From Chloroflexota bacterium (GTDB lineage Bacteria; Chloroflexota; Dehalococcoidia; SZUA-161): 24,000 nt of DNA. The position numbers and the translations under genes are program-made. Where the stretch lies: contig VGNW01000004.1 of assembly GCA_016865955.1 (NCBI GenBank), positions 3,603 to 27,602 on the forward strand, in the 5' to 3' direction. The stretch's first letter is position 1, and the number at the start of each line of letters is the position of its first letter. The notes under the pieces were generated by a model, which did no database searches, was not told the origin of the DNA, and saw only the letters and a list, made by a program, of their open reading frames with translations. This document shows positions 1-7,358 of the stretch, in pieces.

Positions 1-1
1 G

Positions 2-538
2 CTTGAAGCCAGAGCCAGAATAGAGGGAATCGAGACGCTCTACCAAAAGCTGAAGCAAACCGACCCAGTTGCGGCAGAGCGCATCGACCCAAGAAATGTG
101 CGCAGAGTCATACGTGCGCTTGAGGTCAGCCGGCAGGGCACTCTTTTCTCAGAGCTTCAGGTGAAGAAGCCTTTCGCCGATTCCGTAATCATCGGTTTGA
201 CCACGGACAGAGCGAGCCTTTATCAACGTATAGATGCGCGGGTGGACGATATGATTGAAAAGGGTCTTGTGGCAGAAGTAGAGAGGCTTGAGGCAAGGGG
301 ATATGGTTTCGACCTGCCCTCTATGTCAGGCTTGGGTTACAGGCAGATAGGTAAATTTTTGCAGGGAGAGACAGACCTGCCCGCTGCTACACAACAAATC
401 AAGTTCGATACGCACGGCTTCGCCCGGCACCAGTATAACTGGTTCCGGCTCAAGGACAAACGCATCAACTGGTTTGAGTTGGGAGGAAATACCAACGAAG
501 CCATTCATCGTTTTATACAGAAATTTGTGGTAAAGTAA
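2..538 (+). CDS. miaA: tRNA dimethylallyltransferase MiaA, C-terminal part (5' end lies outside the window)
   Basis: The frame is open from the window edge (codon phase from nt 2). The translation LYQKLKQTDPVAAERIDPRNVRRVIRALEV...LGYRQIGKFL...ARHQYNWFR matches the conserved C-terminal half of bacterial MiaA. Stop TAA at 536-538. The ORF-track start (GTG 98) is internal. Confidence 0.9.
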   Translation, partial: LEARARIEGIETLYQKLKQTDPVAAERIDPRNVRRVIRALEVSRQGTLFSELQVKKPFADSVIIGLTTDRASLYQRIDARVDDMIEKGLVAEVERLEARGYGFDLPSMSGLGYRQIGKFLQGETDLPAATQQIKFDTHGFARHQYNWFRLKDKRINWFELGGNTNEAIHRFIQKFVVK

Positions 539-557
539 GACAAACCTGAGGTACCCC

Positions 558-926
558 ATGGTCAAGCTTTCTGAGGAAGTTAAAACGATGATTGCCGAGA
601 TTCGCCCCGGCATCATAGCCACTGCAAGCAAGGATGGCAAACCGAATGTGTCAGCCAAGGGGTCGTTCCGCGTGCTCGACGATGAACACGTGCTATTCGC
701 CGACATCAACTCGCCTCGCACCATAGCGAACATAAAGGAAAATCCGTATGTGTCCGCACTGGTGATACATCCCAAAACGCTCAGGGGCTGCCGTATCTGG
801 GGCAAAGGCGAGATAATCGACTCAGGACCCCTGTTCGACCAGTTGAACACAGAGTTCGTCGGCAAAGGGTTAAAAGTAAACCACGTGGTCAAGATTAAAA
901 TAGATAAGGTGCAGGAGAGCCCCTAG
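558..926 (+). CDS. Pyridoxamine 5'-phosphate oxidase-like (FMN-binding split-barrel) family protein
   Basis: 122-aa ORF starting at ATG 558, 19 nt after the miaA stop. IIATASKDGKPNVSAKGSFRVLDDEHVLFADINSPRTIANIKENPYVS resembles the N-terminal signature of small PNPOx-like flavoproteins. This is a family-level call only. Confidence 0.65.
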   Translation: MVKLSEEVKTMIAEIRPGIIATASKDGKPNVSAKGSFRVLDDEHVLFADINSPRTIANIKENPYVSALVIHPKTLRGCRIWGKGEIIDSGPLFDQLNTEFVGKGLKVNHVVKIKIDKVQESP

Positions 927-1033
927 CAAAATACCAGGTGTCACCCTGAGCGTCAGCGAAGGGTCTCAGACGCCGTCCTGATCAAGGACGAAGGATTTTC
1001 CGCTCCGCTCAGAATGAAAAATGGAGTGTCCAG

Positions 1034-1873
1034 ATGAATTTCATCAAACTGCAGGCAACAGGAAACGACTTCGTCCTGATTGATGCCCGGCAAATGGAAA
1101 GGCGTGACTGGTCGGCGCTGGCTAAAGCCATGTGCCATCGCCGCTTCGGCGTGGGCGCCGACGGCATCCTTCTGATTTTGCCCTCGAAAAAGGCGGACTT
1201 CTACATGAGGATGTTCAACCCCGACGGCTCCGAGGCGGAGGCATGCGGCAACGGACTGCGGTGTGCGGCCAGATATGCCCTGGAAAGCGGTCTGGTAGAT
1301 AAGCCCGAAGTCAGGATAGATACGCCCGCAGGGATAAAAATAGCGCACGTCAAGGGTAAAAGGGGCATTCAGGTGAACATGGGCAAGCCCGTGCTCAAAC
1401 CCGCCGCTATCCCTGTAATCGTAAAGGGCAGGAAAGCGAACGATGGGGCACCTGTTATCGACTATCCCTTGACTGTGGGTAAAAAGAGGCTGAAGATTAC
1501 CTGCGTTTCTATGGGCAATCCCCACGCGGTATGCTTTATAGAGCAGCCAGTTGCCGAATTCCCTCTGGCTGAGATAGGCCCGCAGATAGAGCACCATCCC
1601 ATGTTCCCCAACAGGGTGAACTTCGAGATAGTGAATGTTATCAACCGCAAAAAGCTCAGGGCGCGGGTATGGGAGCGCGGCGCGGGAGAGACCCTATCCT
1701 GCGGCACCGGCGCCTGCGCCGTAGCAGTAGCGGCAAGTTTGAAGGAGCTTACCGACAATCCTGTTGATATAATGCTGCCGGGCGGCACGCTGACCCTAGA
1801 CTGGGATGGCAAAGGAGAGGTGCTGCTCAGCGGCCCCGCCGAAGTGGTTTTCGAAGGGGAGTGGAGAGAATAG
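1034..1873 (+). CDS. dapF: Diaminopimelate epimerase
   Basis: The N-terminus MNFIKLQATGNDFVLID is present. Both catalytic Cys contexts are present (FNPDGSEAEACGNGLRC and ERGAGETLSCGTGACA), as is the SMGNPH block. SD-like TGGAG lies upstream of ATG 1034. Confidence 0.93.
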   Translation: MNFIKLQATGNDFVLIDARQMERRDWSALAKAMCHRRFGVGADGILLILPSKKADFYMRMFNPDGSEAEACGNGLRCAARYALESGLVDKPEVRIDTPAGIKIAHVKGKRGIQVNMGKPVLKPAAIPVIVKGRKANDGAPVIDYPLTVGKKRLKITCVSMGNPHAVCFIEQPVAEFPLAEIGPQIEHHPMFPNRVNFEIVNVINRKKLRARVWERGAGETLSCGTGACAVAVAASLKELTDNPVDIMLPGGTLTLDWDGKGEVLLSGPAEVVFEGEWRE

Positions 1874-1895
1874 TCAACCTGAAAGGGGTGGGGAA

Positions 1896-2726
1896 ATGAG
1901 TTTCATCATAGCAGTTTATGTTCCCGAGGGCATTGTTATGGCTTCGGACAGCCGTCAGTCGGTTACAGTGGAAGGGAAGACCCCGGAGGGCAACCCTTTC
2001 AAAGTCGAGACCGTCAACTCCGATGCCATAACGAGGACTTTTCTTCTCGAAGTACATCAGATAGGCATCTCCAGCTTCGGACAGGATCTCCTCGGCAATA
2101 CCCCTATAGCAAGTCACATCAAAAGGTTTATTGAGGAAGAGTTAACAGTCAAGAATGATGCCATAACAATTCCCAAGGAGTTAAACGAAACCCTCGGGAA
2201 ATCATTCCCCGATAAATTCATTGAGGAACAATTGACGACCAGAGACGATGTCACAACCATTTCCAAGAAGATGGTTGAGTACTTTCGCAGGTCATTTCCC
2301 AATGCAGATGCCGGTTTCCACATCGCTGGCTACAGAAAAGAGGGGAAGATAAGCATCCCTTATGTTTATTCCTGCCACGTGGCCCGAAACGTCGTTGAAA
2401 GAAGAAACATCAAGCCCGACGGCGCTCTTGCCTACGGAGCGACCTGGTCGGGACAGGGTGATATCCTCAGCTCTATACTGATTCCGGTGACGGTCAAAGA
2501 CCAGAAGGGCAATGATAAAGTCGTCCGCTCTCCGGCGCCGGTGATCTGGGATGCCATGTCATTGCAGGACGCCATAGATTTCGCCATATACGCCATCCGT
2601 ACCACCATCGACACCATGCGCTTTCAGGCACGACCAAAGAACGTCGGCGGTCCTATAGATGTACTTGTTCTAACCCCCGACGAAGCTAAATGGATTCAGC
2701 GCAAACAACTTCACGGCAGCACTTAA
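1896..2726 (+). CDS. Proteasome beta-subunit/HslV-like Ntn-hydrolase family protein (N-terminal Ser, no propeptide)
   Basis: I moved the start to ATG 1896, which has purine-rich GAAAGGGGTGGGGAA directly upstream; the ORF-track start at 1806 lies inside dapF. MSFIIAVYVPEGIVMASDSRQS parallels the HslV/20S-beta N-terminus (M-T-T-I-V-x-V...G-x-V-x-x-A-x-D-x-R/Q). The later blocks FHIAGY..G..IPYVY, YGATWSGQGD, MSLQDAIDFAIYAIRTTID and VGGPIDVLVLT follow the beta-subunit fold order. This is a by-eye profile match and is unverified. Confidence 0.5.
   Translation: MSFIIAVYVPEGIVMASDSRQSVTVEGKTPEGNPFKVETVNSDAITRTFLLEVHQIGISSFGQDLLGNTPIASHIKRFIEEELTVKNDAITIPKELNETLGKSFPDKFIEEQLTTRDDVTTISKKMVEYFRRSFPNADAGFHIAGYRKEGKISIPYVYSCHVARNVVERRNIKPDGALAYGATWSGQGDILSSILIPVTVKDQKGNDKVVRSPAPVIWDAMSLQDAIDFAIYAIRTTIDTMRFQARPKNVGGPIDVLVLTPDEAKWIQRKQLHGST
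2124..2303 (+). repeat. Internal in-frame tandem duplication (2 x 90 nt = 2 x 30 aa) inside the Ntn-hydrolase-like gene
   Basis: Copy 1 (2124-2213) is RFIEEELTVKNDAITIPKELNETLGKSFPD. Copy 2 (2214-2303) is KFIEEQLTTRDDVTTISKKMVEYFRRSFPN. They share FIEE.LT...D..TI.K...E....SFP in register. Confidence 0.7.
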
Positions 2727-2752
2727 TAGCAAATTGAGAGGATAGGAAACCT

Positions 2753-3919
2753 ATGCAGCTAGCGAAGCGAATCGAGAAATTGCCGCCATACCTGTTCGTG
2801 CAGATCAGCAAAAAAATAGCCGAAAAGAAGGCTCAGGGCATAGATGTTATCAGCTTCGGCATCGGCGACCCCGACATCCCCACCCCACCCCATGTCATCA
2901 AGCGCCTGTGCCAGGCAGCCCGGGATCCGACAAACCACCGCTACCCCGAGACCGAAGGGCTGCCCGAACTGAGGAAAGCCATCGCCGAGTGGTATCATCA
3001 GCGTTTTGGCATCTCCCTTAATCCCGATAAAGAGGTGCTGCCTCTTATCGGCTCCAAGGAGGGCATCGGACATATCGCACTGTGCTTCATCGACCCGGGA
3101 GATATCGCGCTTGTCCCCGACCCTGCCTATCCGGTCTACGCCATAGGCACCATGTTCGCCGGCGGGGAAAGCTACTTCATGCCGCTTATCGAAAAGAACG
3201 GCTTCCTACCCGACCTCGATACTATACCCGCCTGGGTCGCTCAGAAAGCCAAACTGATGTGGATAAGCTACCCTAACAATCCTACAGCAGCGATAGCAGA
3301 CCTCGATTTCTTTGAAAAGGTGGTTGCCTTTGCCAAAAGGCACGATATAGTAGTCTGCCACGACGGACCTTATACCGAGGTCGCCTTCGACGGCTACAAG
3401 CCGGTTAGCTTTCTGCAGGTGAAAGGGGCAAAAGATATCAGTGTGGAATTCCACTCTTGTTCCAAGAGCTACAACATGACCGGCTGGCGTATCGGTATGG
3501 CAGTGGGCAACGAGAAAATAGTCAACGCCCTGATGAGGGTGAAATCGAATCTCGACACGGGCGTCCCTCAGGCTATCCAGCACGCTGCCATCGCTGCCCT
3601 GCTGGGGAATCAGGACTGCATCGCTGAGCACAACGCCATCTACCAGCGCAGGCGCGATAAAGTGGTCAAGACGCTCAAGAAGCTGGGGCTGAAGGTGAAT
3701 ACGCCCAAAGCCAGCCTTTATGTCTGGGCAAAGATACCGAAAGGCTATACCTCGTTCGACTTCTGCACGCGGCTGCTCGATGAAGCCGCAGTAGTGGTTA
3801 CTCCGGGCACCGGCTACGGCAAATACGGCGAGGGTTACATACGCCTGTCTCTGACCACGCCCGATGATAGGGTCAAGGAAGGGCTAGCCAGATTGGAGAA
3901 ATTAGCCAAGAAATTTTAA
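2753..3919 (+). CDS. dapL: LL-diaminopimelate aminotransferase-type class I PLP aminotransferase (DapL-like)
   Basis: The N-terminus KRIEKLPPYLFVQISKKIAEKKAQGIDVISFGIGDPDIPTP and the PLP-lysine block SCSKSYNMTGWRIG are typical of the short DapL group. The gene is near dapF. SD GAGAGGA lies upstream of ATG 2753. Substrate specificity is inferred. Confidence 0.8.
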   Translation: MQLAKRIEKLPPYLFVQISKKIAEKKAQGIDVISFGIGDPDIPTPPHVIKRLCQAARDPTNHRYPETEGLPELRKAIAEWYHQRFGISLNPDKEVLPLIGSKEGIGHIALCFIDPGDIALVPDPAYPVYAIGTMFAGGESYFMPLIEKNGFLPDLDTIPAWVAQKAKLMWISYPNNPTAAIADLDFFEKVVAFAKRHDIVVCHDGPYTEVAFDGYKPVSFLQVKGAKDISVEFHSCSKSYNMTGWRIGMAVGNEKIVNALMRVKSNLDTGVPQAIQHAAIAALLGNQDCIAEHNAIYQRRRDKVVKTLKKLGLKVNTPKASLYVWAKIPKGYTSFDFCTRLLDEAAVVVTPGTGYGKYGEGYIRLSLTTPDDRVKEGLARLEKLAKKF

Positions 3920-3945
3920 AGGTAAAACTCTAAATAATAGGAAAA

Positions 3946-3980
3946 CTGATTGCTGACGGCTGAATACTGAAAGCTGTTTC
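3946..3980. repeat. Heptad micro-repeat array (5 x 7 nt, CTGAnnn)
   Basis: CTGATTG CTGACGG CTGAATA CTGAAAG CTGTTTC, read directly from the sequence. The array starts 27 nt downstream of the dapL stop. Similar arrays lie at 6121-6155 and 19691-19711. Confidence 0.8.
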
Positions 3981-4026
3981 AGGGAGGCAATAGATAAAGA
4001 GGCAAACCTTCCCCACCCATCCCCCT

Positions 4027-5178
4027 GTGGAAAAGGCTTTTCTGGTGGGAGTGCAGGTGAGGGGCGAACATAATAGCTGGTCGCTCGAAGGCTCGGTCAA
4101 GGAGCTGGGACATCTGGCGCGCACTGCCGGAGCGCATGTGGTCGGTACTATGACTCAGCGCCTTTCCGCCCCCAACCACGCCTACTATATGGGCAAGGGC
4201 AAACTGGAGGAACTGGTCTCTCTTAAAGAAAAGGCTGGTTACGACCTGGTAATCTTCGATGACGAGCTGTCGCCAGCGCAGCAGCGCAATCTGGAAGAAG
4301 CGCTCGATGTCAAAGTCATAGACCGCTCCGCCCTTATCCTCGATATATTCGCCCAGAGAGCGCACACCCACGAAGGTCGACTTCAGGTAGAGCTTGCCCA
4401 GCAGGAATATCTGCTGCCCCGACTCGCCGGACGCTGGCCCCATCTGGAGCGGCTCGGCGGCGGCATCGGCACCAGAGGACCCGGCGAAACTCAGCTTGAG
4501 AGCGACCGCCGCATCATCCAGCGCAAGATACAGCGACTCAAGAACGAACTGGAATCGGTAAGGAAGCACCGCGCGCTGTATCGCAGCCGCCGCAGCCAGG
4601 CAGGCATTCCCGTGGTAGCTATAGTAGGCTACACCAACGCTGGCAAGAGCACTGTTCTCAATGCCTTGAGCAATGCCAACGTGCTGGTCGAGGACAAGCT
4701 TTTCGCTACGCTCGACCCCACCACCCGTCGCCTTACCCTGCCCGATAAAAAAGAGGTGCTCATCACCGACACCGTAGGCTTCATCCAGAAGCTGCCGCCT
4801 ACCGTAGTAGCCGCCTTCAGAGCCACCCTCGAGGAGCTATCCGAGGCAGATTTGCTGCTCCATGTTGTTGACATCGCCAGCGAGACTGCGGCGCAGCAAT
4901 TCCACACCGTCGAAGGCATTCTGAAAGAGCTGGGGCTGGCTGAGAAGCCTGTCCTCGTCGTGCTCAACAAGATAGACCTGCTCGGCGGAGAAATCGACCC
5001 ATGTGACAGCGAAGCAGTCAGCCGCTACATCGACCAGCTCGGAGCCAGAGTCCAGGCAGCTGCCTTCATCTCCGCTGCCAAAGGATGGGGATTGACAAGG
5101 ATGCTAGAGCTTATCGCGGCAATGCTGGAGGAGATACAGATGAAAACCGGATACAGATCGTCCGGTTCTTCGACATAA
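4027..5178 (+). CDS. hflX: GTPase HflX
   Basis: The HflX N-domain is present (AFLVGV...SVKELGHLARTAGAHVV...GKGKLEEL). GTPase motifs are G1 GYTNAGKST, G3 DTVGF and G4 NKID. GTG 4027 is the first canonical start after the in-frame TAG at 3991-3993, but no nearby SD was seen, so the start is uncertain. Confidence 0.9.
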   Translation: MEKAFLVGVQVRGEHNSWSLEGSVKELGHLARTAGAHVVGTMTQRLSAPNHAYYMGKGKLEELVSLKEKAGYDLVIFDDELSPAQQRNLEEALDVKVIDRSALILDIFAQRAHTHEGRLQVELAQQEYLLPRLAGRWPHLERLGGGIGTRGPGETQLESDRRIIQRKIQRLKNELESVRKHRALYRSRRSQAGIPVVAIVGYTNAGKSTVLNALSNANVLVEDKLFATLDPTTRRLTLPDKKEVLITDTVGFIQKLPPTVVAAFRATLEELSEADLLLHVVDIASETAAQQFHTVEGILKELGLAEKPVLVVLNKIDLLGGEIDPCDSEAVSRYIDQLGARVQAAAFISAAKGWGLTRMLELIAAMLEEIQMKTGYRSSGSST

Positions 5179-5225
5179 AATGCCTTGCTACCTTTTGAGA
5201 CCTTGTGTAAAATAGCGCGGGAGGC

Positions 5226-6098
5226 ATGATGAAGATTCGCAAAGCGGTGGTCACTGCGGCGGGCTGGGGCACCAGGTTCCTGCCTGCAACCAAGGCGCAG
5301 CCCAAGGAGATGCTGCCGCTGGTCGATAAGCCCATGATTCAATACGTGGTGGAGGAGGCTGTCGCTTCCGGTATTAAGCAAATCATCATCGTTACCGCCC
5401 TCGGCAAACGCGCCATCGAAGATCATTTCGACCGCTCTTTCGAATTGGAATATGCCCTAAAGCAGAAGGGCAGCAGCGAGCTTCTGGAGAAGGTTCAGCA
5501 GACAATGGAGCTTGCCAATATTAGCTATATCCGCCAGAAAGAGCAGCTCGGTCTGGGACATGCTGTTCTGACCGCCAAGGAACTCATCGGCGACGAGCCG
5601 TTCGCCTTGTTCCTCCCCGACGATATCATCGAGTCTAAAATACCTGCCATGAAGCAGATGCTCGGGGTGTACGACCGCTACGGCAGCAGCGTCATTGCAG
5701 TTCAGACCATAGCGCCCGAGGAAAGCAAGGCGTACGGCGTGATAGCGCCCAGGCAGGTGGAGAAGCGTATATATCAGGTATTGAGCCTGGTGGAAAAGCC
5801 CGAGCCTGAAGACGCACCATCGAATCTGGGCATAGTGGGCAGGTACATTCTCACGCCCGAAATATTCGACATGCTGGAGAAAACCACGCCGGGCAAGGGC
5901 GGGGAAATTCAGCTTACCGACGGTCTGAGGCTGCTGTTGAAGAAGCAGAAGATATACGCCTACCAGTTCCAGGGGACCCGCCACGATACAGGCACGCCGC
6001 TGGGTTTCCTGAAGGCATCGGTGGAGTTCGCCCTCAAGCGACCTGACCTCGGCCCCAGGTTCAAAGAATACCTGCAACAGCTCAATCTAAGCAACTGA
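5226..6098 (+). CDS. galU: UTP--glucose-1-phosphate uridylyltransferase
   Basis: AAGWGTRFLPATKAQPKEMLPLVDKPMIQYVVEEA is the nucleotidyltransferase signature G-x-G-T-R-x-L-P-x-T-K. SD GGGAGG is at 5219-5224. The start is ATG 5226 or the adjacent ATG 5229. Confidence 0.9.
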   Translation: MMKIRKAVVTAAGWGTRFLPATKAQPKEMLPLVDKPMIQYVVEEAVASGIKQIIIVTALGKRAIEDHFDRSFELEYALKQKGSSELLEKVQQTMELANISYIRQKEQLGLGHAVLTAKELIGDEPFALFLPDDIIESKIPAMKQMLGVYDRYGSSVIAVQTIAPEESKAYGVIAPRQVEKRIYQVLSLVEKPEPEDAPSNLGIVGRYILTPEIFDMLEKTTPGKGGEIQLTDGLRLLLKKQKIYAYQFQGTRHDTGTPLGFLKASVEFALKRPDLGPRFKEYLQQLNLSN

Positions 6099-6120
6099 GC
6101 TTCCAAATTCCGAGCCCCAA

Positions 6121-6155
6121 GCTGATTGCTAATAGCTGACTGCTTATGGCTGACC
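6121..6155. repeat. Heptad micro-repeat array (5 x 7 nt, GCTnAnn)
   Basis: GCTGATT GCTAATA GCTGACT GCTTATG GCTGACC, starting 23 nt downstream of the galU stop. It has the same 7-nt periodicity and CTGA core as 3946-3980. Confidence 0.8.
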
Positions 6156-6206
6156 GTTTCTTTCCAGATAAGGAAGTATAGTCAAGGAATAGGAATATAC
6201 GTTATG

Positions 6207-6235
6207 TTGACTTTCAGAGTGAAGTTTCCTAGATT
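6207..6235 (+). promoter_or_regulatory. Candidate sigma70-type promoter for the small membrane-protein gene
   Basis: TTGACT (6207-6212), a 17-nt spacer, then TAGATT (6230-6235), in an AT-rich intergenic region about 80 nt upstream of ATG 6314. Sequence match only. Confidence 0.4.
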
Positions 6236-6313
6236 ATTATCAGGGACAGTACTTCGGTTTTCTATCAAAGTACTAAAGTTTACCGAACAACCTTGGAGGC
6301 ATCGAGGGTTAAG

Positions 6314-6652
6314 ATGTTCATAAGGGCAACAAAAGCCAGACAACTGAACGCAGTAAAGTTAGCCAGGGTTTTAACTGTAGTCTGGGTCACGTTATCTCTG
6401 GCTGAGGCCAGCGTCACATACCTCTGTCTGAGAAGCGCTGAAAACATCGAGGGGAATCCCTTCGCCAGAATGCTGCTGTCTCACAACGAGGTACTGTTCT
6501 ACGGAGCAAAGCTGCTGGTCACAGCGGCCATCGGATGGGGGCTGTGGTGGCTGGCAACAAGGACGCCTCATATAAAGCTTCTACTGGCATGCCAGATATT
6601 GCTGGTGGCGATGTTTGCAGGTGTCTTCATAAATAATCTGTTTCATCTCTGA
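6314..6652 (+). CDS. Small integral membrane protein, DUF5658-like (E-x-N-P motif family)
   Basis: I preferred ATG 6314 (GAGGG upstream) over the ORF-track TTG 6293. There are three to four hydrophobic helices. VTYLCLRSAENIEGNPFARML resembles the conserved 'T...g..E.NP' loop of that family. It is convergent with the end of the archaellum operon. Confidence 0.5.
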   Translation: MFIRATKARQLNAVKLARVLTVVWVTLSLAEASVTYLCLRSAENIEGNPFARMLLSHNEVLFYGAKLLVTAAIGWGLWWLATRTPHIKLLLACQILLVAMFAGVFINNLFHL

Positions 6653-6689
6653 TCACAGCGCAACAAGGTTTCAGCATGCCTCAACTATT

Positions 6690-7346
6690 CTAGGAAGATT
6701 CGCTCTGCCCGCCTCTGATTTTCGCCACAATCTTTTTCCCTTCCTCCAGCAAGGAATATATGCTCATATCGCTCAGATCTTCTGAAATAGCTCCAAGCGT
6801 ACCCGTTTCATCCTGCTCGCTCCTGAAAACGTCCAGCAGACTATCGGTATCTTTATCTCCGGCTCCTTTTGGTTTTTCTGCCGACGGCTGGTTCGCTGAT
6901 GCGGCATTCTGATTGACTGCCTCAAGCGCCTGCGGCTTGTCTTCGGCTTTCGCTGGTTCTTCGGTAGCCTTATTTGCCGGCTGAGATTCCTCTGTTTTCG
7001 CCGCAACAGTCGCGGCGACAGGGAACTCCTCCGTCTTTTTCTCCGCAACGCCCGGTTCGTTCAATTTCTGCCCGTCGCCCACCTTGTCAATGGCGACTAA
7101 TTCAACTTTCTCCTCTTTTCCCTCATTAGCGGCTGTCGCTACAGCAGGCTGCGCCGTTTCACCATCAGCTTGCTGCTCTTTATTTTCCTCTTCCTCGCAA
7201 ACAGTTAAGCCGTTATTCTTCCTGTCGAGGAACTCTCCGACAGGGTCTTCCTCGAGAGGTACCAATTCCCTGCCCCCGAAGAAGGACTCCTTGAAGAATT
7301 GCCAGGGTCGGCTGATTGCCGACCCGATCCATTCTATCATCTTCAT
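6690..7346 (-). CDS. Acidic, low-complexity (E/K/A/P-rich) protein of unknown function, last gene of the archaellum operon
   Basis: ATG 7346 lies 6 nt after SD GGGAGG (7353-7358), which directly abuts the arlJ stop (TAA 7359-7361), implying translational coupling. There is no TM segment or signal peptide. A structured-looking N-terminus (MKMIEWIGSAISRPWQFFKESFF) and C-terminus (DSLLDVFRSEQDE...MSIYSLLEEGKKIVAKI) flank a roughly 130-aa disordered linker. No family was recognised. Confidence 0.6.
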   Translation of the reverse strand: MKMIEWIGSAISRPWQFFKESFFGGRELVPLEEDPVGEFLDRKNNGLTVCEEEENKEQQADGETAQPAVATAANEGKEEKVELVAIDKVGDGQKLNEPGVAEKKTEEFPVAATVAAKTEESQPANKATEEPAKAEDKPQALEAVNQNAASANQPSAEKPKGAGDKDTDSLLDVFRSEQDETGTLGAISEDLSDMSIYSLLEEGKKIVAKIRGGQSESS

Positions 7347-7358
7347 TCTATACCTCCC

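Noticed and set aside
974-1000. A small hairpin CGTCCT-GATCA-AGGACG followed by AAGGATTTTCC after the PNPOx-like gene, considered as an intrinsic terminator.
   Set aside because: It has only a 6-bp stem and a short interrupted T-run. dapF starts about 40 nt later and may be co-transcribed. The evidence is too weak to call.
1806-1895. ORF-track N-terminal extensions: 1806 for the Ntn-hydrolase-like gene and 14428 for arlB1.
   Set aside because: The extensions overlap the upstream gene (dapF) or add a non-homologous basic tail. Internal ATGs (1896; 14359) have good purine-rich/SD sequences. For arlB1 the paralog arlB2 shares the same SD-ATG-MLKRL context.
6773-7048. Arg/Lys-rich 91-aa ORF in another frame of the acidic-protein gene.
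   Set aside because: It is an alternative-frame by-product of the GAA/AAG-rich low-complexity region. It has no independent start signals.
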